Shown here: positions 25,999 through 32,000 of the stretch, piece by piece
How the letters are laid out: each line of letters begins with the position of its first letter
Position numbering within the stretch: the first letter of the stretch is position 1
Assembly: GCF_000237865.1 (NCBI RefSeq)
Contig: NC_017459.1
Span: 150,001 to 182,000 of the forward strand
From: Haloquadratum walsbyi C23
Lineage (GTDB): Archaea > Halobacteriota > Halobacteria > Halobacteriales > Haloferacaceae
DNA: 32,000 nucleotides
Direction of reading: 5' to 3'
Made by a program: the position numbers and the translations under genes
Notes under the pieces: model-generated
Told to the model about the DNA's origin: nothing
The model's input: the letters and a program-made list of their open reading frames with translations, nothing else
Databases searched by the model: none

Positions 25999-27231
25999 TC
26001 AGATTGATATTTCTTGCCCAAGCGTCGGTGCTGTGGCATCGAATTCACTCGCATTCAATTCATCAGCAAATCGCTGACAGCGATCACCATGATTAATGAG
26101 CACTCTCGTATCTTTATACTCATTAAGAAGCTCCATGAGACCATCCTTATCTGCATGTGCAGAGAAATCATACCATTCAACCTGTGCGCTAATCGGCATT
26201 ATACGATCGTTTATTTCAGCACGACCAGTCTCCAGAAGTGACCGACCAGGCGTTCCCTCGACCTGATATCCTGTAAGCGTAATCTTGTTTGTTGGATTTG
26301 ACCGAATCTCGGGAATATATGTCATTGCAGGACCGCCAGATAGCATTCCGCTTGTTGTCACAATAACCGTATTTTGTTCTGCGATTCGTTTCCGCTGACC
26401 ATCCCGACCAGTGACAAATCGAGCGTTCGATTTCGCATGCCCGAGTGCCTCCTCACCCCGAACAAACTGTGGGTATTCTTTGAGCATCTTTGTTACTTGT
26501 TTTCCCATTCCATCAACATAGCAGTCAATATTGTTTGCTGCACACACGAGTAACAATTCTTGTGTTCGTCCAATTGCGAATGCAGGAACGATAACGGTGC
26601 CACCTTGCCACATGGTTGTTCGAACACTCTCAACGAATCGGGTTTCAATTTGCTTTCGTGGGTCATGTTGAACGTCTGAATAAGTGCTTTCACAGATGAC
26701 AACGTCTGCCTCAGGGCGTGCTGTTGAGGCTGAGACGAGCCGTTGATTCTCCGTATGAAAATCAGCGGTGTAAAATAACCGTGTGTCACCATCATCAATG
26801 AGCACATGCGCACTTCCAGGAATATGACCGGCGTTATAGAATGTGATTGAATGATCAGCAACATCGAACGTTTCTCGATATCCATGTGTCTCTGAAACTT
26901 GTGTGACGCGATGAAGTTCCTCTTGTGTGAAAGGGCAATCATACGTCCCACCATGAAGTTTGAGCGTATCACGAGCCAAGGTTAATGCCAATTCTTGTGT
27001 TGGGGCAGTCCAGTGAATCGGCGGTCTGCGGTCTCCGGAAAGCAATGATGGAATAGCACCAACATGATCAAGATGACCGTGACTGACAACAACGGCGTCT
27101 GGACGGGGTGTTTCAATTGGAAACTGTGGCGGATTCCCAGTCAGCATCCCATAATCAAGAAGCAATCGATCATTAATCAGGATGGCACTTCGACCGACCT
27201 CCTCTGCACCACCTAAAAACCGAATATCCAT
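25999..27231 (-). CDS. Beta-CASP family metallo-beta-lactamase ribonuclease (aCPSF2-like, no KH domains)
   Basis: VVSHGHLDHVGA (HxHxDH), AFAIGRTQELL, FSAHADKDGL and INHGD, about 410 aa long. Confidence 0.8.
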   Translation of the reverse strand: MDIRFLGGAEEVGRSAILINDRLLLDYGMLTGNPPQFPIETPRPDAVVVSHGHLDHVGAIPSLLSGDRRPPIHWTAPTQELALTLARDTLKLHGGTYDCPFTQEELHRVTQVSETHGYRETFDVADHSITFYNAGHIPGSAHVLIDDGDTRLFYTADFHTENQRLVSASTARPEADVVICESTYSDVQHDPRKQIETRFVESVRTTMWQGGTVIVPAFAIGRTQELLLVCAANNIDCYVDGMGKQVTKMLKEYPQFVRGEEALGHAKSNARFVTGRDGQRKRIAEQNTVIVTTSGMLSGGPAMTYIPEIRSNPTNKITLTGYQVEGTPGRSLLETGRAEINDRIMPISAQVEWYDFSAHADKDGLMELLNEYKDTRVLINHGDRCQRFADELNASEFDATAPTLGQEISI

Positions 27232-27334
27232 TTATACTACATACTGACCCGATCCGTTTGGACGCATCGCTTCACATCTTATCTGTGGCTTCGAAACGAT
27301 AACCGTTATACACTATGTCGCTAAATCCGAGAAT

Positions 27335-28186
27335 ATGCAACGACGTGCTGCGGCAGTATATGTCGCACTATTCATTATCGTTGGTGCGGGTGCTTACTCG
27401 CTCATCGCGACAGCAGAAGCGCCGCATGTCGAGTTTGAGGATCCAACATACGAACTTAGCTCTAGCGACCAGTTTGAGCTTGGTGGACAAACATACACCG
27501 TTGCATCAATCTCAACGATGGAGCAAGGCGGCGACCATGGGGGAACAGCAACAACAGTAACACAGGGTGCTATTCAGTATACTAACGAATCTGCACAGTA
27601 CGCCGCTTCATTCGAGAATAATTCGACGCAGACCGTTGATCAACAACAATGGCAAGTACTCGTTGACCGCAATGGTGATGATCCAACGCGCTTGACGTTC
27701 CGTGAGTCAATCAATCAAACAGCGATCCTCGAAGCAGATCCAAACGTAAGTACTGAGACAGTCACTCAAGATAGCGAAGAATATGTTGTCCGTAATGGTA
27801 ACGAACTTATTCCAGCTGCTGAATATTTCCCTGAGCCGGAAACACAGTCGTACGCAGAGGGTGACACACTTGCGTATCAGGGCAATACAACGACTATCAA
27901 GACGGTGACGAATGAAAGTATTCAGCTCGTATGGACTGCCCCACGAACAAATACAATTGATGTTGGGCATAATGATAATATCACTGTCGGTGATGAAACA
28001 TATCTTGCGCATTTCCCCAGTGATTCAACGCTGCAACTTACACAGAATTTCGAGAGTTACCAACAACAAAAAGCAGCTATGGAGCGGTATCAAACACAGA
28101 AGAATGGATTGTGGGGCGTCTCAATTGCATCCGGACTTACTGTGGTTTTCTTAATTGGATTTGCCTATCTCCCCTCTCGGTACTAA
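27335..28186 (+). CDS. Hypothetical exported protein with an N-terminal RR/hydrophobic signal-like segment and a C-terminal TM anchor
   Basis: It has MQRRAAAVYVALFIIVGAGAYSLIATAEAP, an acidic T/Q/N-rich body, and C-terminal GLWGVSIASGLTVVFLIGFAYLPSRY. Confidence 0.6.
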   Translation: MQRRAAAVYVALFIIVGAGAYSLIATAEAPHVEFEDPTYELSSSDQFELGGQTYTVASISTMEQGGDHGGTATTVTQGAIQYTNESAQYAASFENNSTQTVDQQQWQVLVDRNGDDPTRLTFRESINQTAILEADPNVSTETVTQDSEEYVVRNGNELIPAAEYFPEPETQSYAEGDTLAYQGNTTTIKTVTNESIQLVWTAPRTNTIDVGHNDNITVGDETYLAHFPSDSTLQLTQNFESYQQQKAAMERYQTQKNGLWGVSIASGLTVVFLIGFAYLPSRY

Positions 28187-28235
28187 CATTCACCACCACG
28201 CTGATACCGATATCTACAGATTAACAGGCAGAGTG

Positions 28236-28270
28236 CCTCGGGGCTTGACCCCGAGGTACTTCACTTTTTT
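28236..28270 (+). terminator. Stem-loop plus T6 run downstream of the 27335 gene
   Basis: cctcgggg-cttga-ccccgagg forms a perfect 8-bp stem at 28236-28256, followed by tttttt at 28265-28270. Confidence 0.6.
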
Positions 28271-28388
28271 ATTCACTTAGATCGATATATGATATATCAA
28301 ATAAATGAAGTAAATATCTGTGATAATTGAGTCGGATAGCCAGACAGAAACCAATAAGCTATTATATGACCTTCCCAATTAATCATGT

Positions 28389-28550
28389 ATGTCGGCGCAG
28401 AATTATCAAGATATTGGGTCACATTGGTGTCCCGACTGTGGAAATGAGATGAATCTTAATGGCGTGCAACCAGCAGGGTACGCACAGTTCTTTTGCGAAT
28501 ATTGTCGATACCGTCGTGACCGCTTCGTAGGCGCCGTTGCAGACGATTGA
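28389..28550 (+). CDS. Small CPxCG-type zinc-finger protein (53 aa)
   Basis: It falls below the track cutoff. Hand translation gives MSAQNYQDIGSHWCPDCGNEMNLNGVQPAGYAQFFCEYCRYRRDRFVGAVADD*. The listed minus-strand ORFs here (28406..28597, 28419..28628) are non-acidic and antisense. Confidence 0.6.
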   Translation: MSAQNYQDIGSHWCPDCGNEMNLNGVQPAGYAQFFCEYCRYRRDRFVGAVADD

Positions 28551-28874
28551 ATGAAGAATGAATAGCAATCGGAAGAGTGAGTACCGATTGTAACCATATG
28601 AAACGGTCTTATATTTACGATAATTCAAACCCGCCCACTCTCATCCCACGAAATCGCTTTGCGTGGAGTGATAATAAAATAGACCGGGGGAGCAACAAAA
28701 GCAACGGGTTGTGTGAGCCGTGGTCGTTTACTTTAAGATGACAAATATATAATACAGACACTTCCTCCTTCTATATTATTTGAGTCCTCGGATTGTTGCT
28801 AATATTGCTATCGCTTATTACTAGTAGTACTCGTCAACTCCCCCGTTTATTCCGTTCGCGACGATATCAAGGAT

Positions 28875-29495
28875 ATGGTCGATAATACGGATGCAACATC
28901 AGTCACTGCTGACCAACCGGATAGCCCAATTCAGACGACTGGGACTGATCATATCACGATTTGGGGGAGTAACGAAACGGATACGATTGAATTTTATCAA
29001 GAGCTTCTTGGAATGCCACTGGTTCTTAGACAACCAAACCTCGACGATCCATCACAGACACATTTGTTTTTTGACACTGGTGATGGTCGAATTCTGACAG
29101 TGTTTGTCGGTGACCGTCAGTCAACCCAACAACAGCGCGGTGGTATTGGTGCTGTCCACCACCTCTGTTTTAGTGTCGCGCCGTCAGACTTTGAAGATGT
29201 GATGGCTGCGCTGGAGGCTGATGGTCGGGGATACAACGTATTTGACCGTGGTGTTTTCTTCTCACTATATACACAGGATAATAATGGATTGATTATTGAA
29301 TTATCAACAGATAAATACGATATTCCAGCTGAACGTCGGGGGGAGGTGCTTGCAAAGGCACAGGAACTTCGGGTGGCTGATGATGCAGATTATGCAAAAG
29401 ATAAACATCTTGCAGCCGCGCTTGAAGCACTCAATATTGATGCACACGCACATGACCTTCCTGACGCGACCTCAGGTGTTGGCGGCATCAACTGA
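28875..29495 (+). CDS. VOC (glyoxalase/bleomycin-resistance/dioxygenase) family protein
   Basis: GTDHITIWGSNETDTIEFYQELLGMPLV..HLFFDTGDG..AVHHLCFSV is a typical VOC beta-alpha-beta-beta-beta module. Confidence 0.7.
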   Translation: MVDNTDATSVTADQPDSPIQTTGTDHITIWGSNETDTIEFYQELLGMPLVLRQPNLDDPSQTHLFFDTGDGRILTVFVGDRQSTQQQRGGIGAVHHLCFSVAPSDFEDVMAALEADGRGYNVFDRGVFFSLYTQDNNGLIIELSTDKYDIPAERRGEVLAKAQELRVADDADYAKDKHLAAALEALNIDAHAHDLPDATSGVGGIN

Positions 29496-29526
29496 AATCT
29501 ATAGTAACATCAACAATATATCGATC

Positions 29527-30570
29527 TTATATCTCAACAAGAACCTTAATTGCATCCCGTTCGTCCATCGCTTGATATCCCTCCGATATTGAATCAAGAT
29601 TAACGGTTTTTGTAAACACTGGTGCAGGATCAAGCGTCCCCTGAAGGACGTCAGCTAACAGTTCATCTGCATATGCACGGACGGGAGCAACACCGCCTTG
29701 TAGCGTAATATTATCCCCAAAGAAGGAAAATAGATCAAGACCATCGTCAAGCCCATGTGGAACACCAACGTACCCGACTGTCCCTCCGGGTCGACACACC
29801 TCAACAGCGGTTTCCATTGCGCTCGTTGCACCGACGCATTCAAGCACATGTTCAGCACCGCCACCAGTCATCTCTTGAACGGTCTCAATAGCTTCTTGCC
29901 CGCGTGCGGAGACTGTATCGGTAGCGCCAAATTCACTCGCAAGTGATAATCGATCTGGGTGATGTCCGACAGCGACGATTCGCGCAGCCCCTAACCGGCG
30001 AGCCGCAAGCACACCACAGAGCCCAACAGCCCCATCGCCGACGACGACACACGTCGACCCGGCGCTAACACCTGCGCTCACCGCTGCATGATGACCTGTC
30101 CCCATGACATCTGTCAGCGGGAGTATGGACCGAAGTGCGCTATCGTCATTGGCATAAGCATCTGGAACACGAACAAGCGTTCCATCTGCATGTCGGCAGC
30201 GAATCACCTCACCTTGTGCACCACCATTGTCATCGCCCCAACCATCACCATTCACACATGATGTATGCAATCCACGACGACAAAATTCACACATACCACA
30301 ACTTATCTTAAATGGTGCGAAAACACGATCCCCGACATCAACAGACTGCACATCATCGCCGACTTCTTCAACAATACCCATTGGTTCATGACCAACTCGA
30401 GAAGGAATGTCGCGGTCTGTCTTTCCTCGATAAAACCACAAATCGGACCCACAGACAGCGGTATGTGTGACCCGGACAACTGCGTCTGTTGACTCTTCTA
30501 ACGTCGGTTTAACAACATTCTCAACGCGGATATCACGGGGACCATAGTAAACAGCAGCACGCATACTCAT
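29527..30570 (-). CDS. Zinc-dependent medium-chain alcohol/formaldehyde dehydrogenase family protein
   Basis: CGSDLWFY, GHEPMGIVEEVG, the structural Zn cysteines CGMCEFCRRGLHTSC, and the VVGDGAVGL NAD fold. Confidence 0.8.
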   Translation of the reverse strand: MSMRAAVYYGPRDIRVENVVKPTLEESTDAVVRVTHTAVCGSDLWFYRGKTDRDIPSRVGHEPMGIVEEVGDDVQSVDVGDRVFAPFKISCGMCEFCRRGLHTSCVNGDGWGDDNGGAQGEVIRCRHADGTLVRVPDAYANDDSALRSILPLTDVMGTGHHAAVSAGVSAGSTCVVVGDGAVGLCGVLAARRLGAARIVAVGHHPDRLSLASEFGATDTVSARGQEAIETVQEMTGGGAEHVLECVGATSAMETAVEVCRPGGTVGYVGVPHGLDDGLDLFSFFGDNITLQGGVAPVRAYADELLADVLQGTLDPAPVFTKTVNLDSISEGYQAMDERDAIKVLVEI

Positions 30571-30753
30571 ATGTGTAACCTATGTTATCATATCGAAGGT
30601 AAAAAATCCCGAGAAATGTGACTACATTCAGATCATCCATATGACAGTTGCACTCATTATCACGTTTTGATTTCAACGAATACAACTAATGAATTGAATA
30701 GGTGCCGTATTACCAGTATTTAACCCTTTAGCGTCATATCTTATCGTACATCG

Positions 30754-32000
30754 ATGAGTCAGGGAACTCGCGAGCCAACGGCTGAACTCGGACTGTTAGA
30801 TGCCACGATGATTGGAATGGGGGCGATGATTGGTGCGGGGATTTTCGTCCTCACAGGACTTGCTGCGGAAATCTCTGGTCCCGCAGCATTACTTGTGTTC
30901 GTTCTTAATGGAATTGTCACAGCATTTACCGGATTGTCATACGCTGAACTCGCTGCCTCAATCCCAAAAAGTGGTGGCGGATACGCCTTTGTTCGTGAGA
31001 TTTTTGATGATCGTTCATCCTTCTTACTGGGATGGATGCTCTGGTTTGCATATATGATTGCAGGAGCACTTTATGCGCTTGGATTTGCCCCAAATTTCAT
31101 TGAATTACTCCATGTTTATGGATTCACACCGAAACCAGGCGCTGTCAATGCAATTGCCCTTCCGATTATTAGCGTTGATATTCCTGTTCAGTTAGGACTC
31201 GCTTTTATTGCTGTTACATTCCTTGTTGTCGTAAATGCGCTCTCGACAGCTGCCAGTGGGAGTGCAGAGACGTTCTTTACAATCACGAAAGTGCTTATTC
31301 TACTGATTTTCATATTATTTGGATTCCTTTCAGCCGGTGGTGGTGAACCGACAAGTTTCACGCTTCAGAACTTCGATCCACTGTTCCCCGATGATTCATC
31401 TGCATTAAGTATTCTTCCTGCAATGGGACTGACGTTCATTGCGTTTGAGGGATATGATCTCATTACGACTGTCACCGAAGAAGTTGAAAACCCGAGAGAG
31501 AATATTCCAAAAGCTATCTTTTTGAGTCTTGCTGCAACTGTCATTATTTATGCACTTGTCGTTTCTGTCGCTATTGGAACGCTCGGAGCATCCGGGCTGG
31601 CACAGGCTGGTGAAGCGGGTATTGCAGCAGCAGCGACATCATTCATGCCAACAGGTCTTCCAATTATCAAGAACGGTGGTGCAGTCATTGTCTTCGGAGC
31701 CGTTTTCTCAACGCTAACAGCATTGAATGCAGTTGTCATTGCATCCTCACGCGTTGCCTTCGCGATGGGACGCGAAGGGCAGCTGATTGGCTCAATCGGG
31801 AATCTTCATCACCGATTTGGAACACCGTTTGTTGCAATCATCGTTAGTGGTGCTGTCATGCTTTTCTCAGTCGCGCTTCCAACAGCGAGTGCCGGTAATA
31901 TGTCCAGCTTATTTTTCTTATTATCATTCATTATCGTTAATTTCTCAGTGATCAAGCTCAGGCGGGAACGCCCTGACATGACTCGCCCTTACAAAATTCC
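30754..32000 (+). CDS. APC-superfamily amino acid permease (partial, continues beyond the window)
   Basis: Open at the window edge, so not in the track. The ATG at 30754 gives MSQGTREPTAELGLLDATMIGMGAMIGAGIFVLTGLAAEISGPAALLVFVLNGIVTAFTGLSYAELAASIPKSGGGYAFV, the canonical APC N-terminus. Confidence 0.85.
   Translation, partial: MSQGTREPTAELGLLDATMIGMGAMIGAGIFVLTGLAAEISGPAALLVFVLNGIVTAFTGLSYAELAASIPKSGGGYAFVREIFDDRSSFLLGWMLWFAYMIAGALYALGFAPNFIELLHVYGFTPKPGAVNAIALPIISVDIPVQLGLAFIAVTFLVVVNALSTAASGSAETFFTITKVLILLIFILFGFLSAGGGEPTSFTLQNFDPLFPDDSSALSILPAMGLTFIAFEGYDLITTVTEEVENPRENIPKAIFLSLAATVIIYALVVSVAIGTLGASGLAQAGEAGIAAAATSFMPTGLPIIKNGGAVIVFGAVFSTLTALNAVVIASSRVAFAMGREGQLIGSIGNLHHRFGTPFVAIIVSGAVMLFSVALPTASAGNMSSLFFLLSFIIVNFSVIKLRRERPDMTRPYKI

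Noticed and set aside
26493-26972. A 159-aa alternative minus-frame ORF inside the beta-CASP RNase gene
   Set aside because: It is an overlapping frame of a motif-supported gene and is non-acidic.
1-32000. CRISPR arrays, rRNA operons or recognisable defence gene cassettes
   Set aside because: I saw no regularly spaced direct repeats, no rRNA-like conserved blocks, and no nuclease, helicase or methylase signatures beyond the housekeeping beta-CASP RNase.

Overview
The window looks like haloarchaeal chromosome. Every confidently translated protein is strongly acidic, GC is moderate (about 48-50% by eye), and AT-rich spacers are unusually long. D/T-rich low-complexity inserts also occur. From this I infer a Haloquadratum-like organism, but I could not verify it. 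Most of the window is housekeeping: class I LysRS, pyrH, a MobB-like/MoaE fusion, a site-2 protease, thiL, an LPG-synthase-like membrane protein, rps19e, a PDCD5-like protein and a PP-loop ATPase. It continues with hisS, truA, pepF, a siroheme nitrite/sulfite reductase operon, an Lrp-TRASH regulator with a CopA copper ATPase, a CoADR/Nox-type flavoprotein, a beta-CASP RNase, a VOC protein, a Zn-ADH and a partial APC permease. I found no rRNA, tRNA or CRISPR array. The most unusual content is a dispersed element family with two clear copies (12633-12839 on +, 25347-25965 on -) and a probable third (14789-15010). Each copy fills an otherwise gene-free gap. The family shows RNA/MITE-like signs (terminal hairpin, nested end complementarity) and coding-like signs (frame-preserving indels, synonymous differences, a 197-codon non-acidic ORF). 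Other notable items:
- an uncharacterised acidic three-gene operon ending in a ParB-HTH/RHH-like protein, divergent from the nirA operon across a perfect palindrome
- a 17/18-nt motif shared by the regulator and copA promoters
- two CPxCG mini zinc-finger genes below the ORF-track cutoff
- an IS1595-type transposase relic
All functional calls rest on motif recognition by eye; no searches were run.
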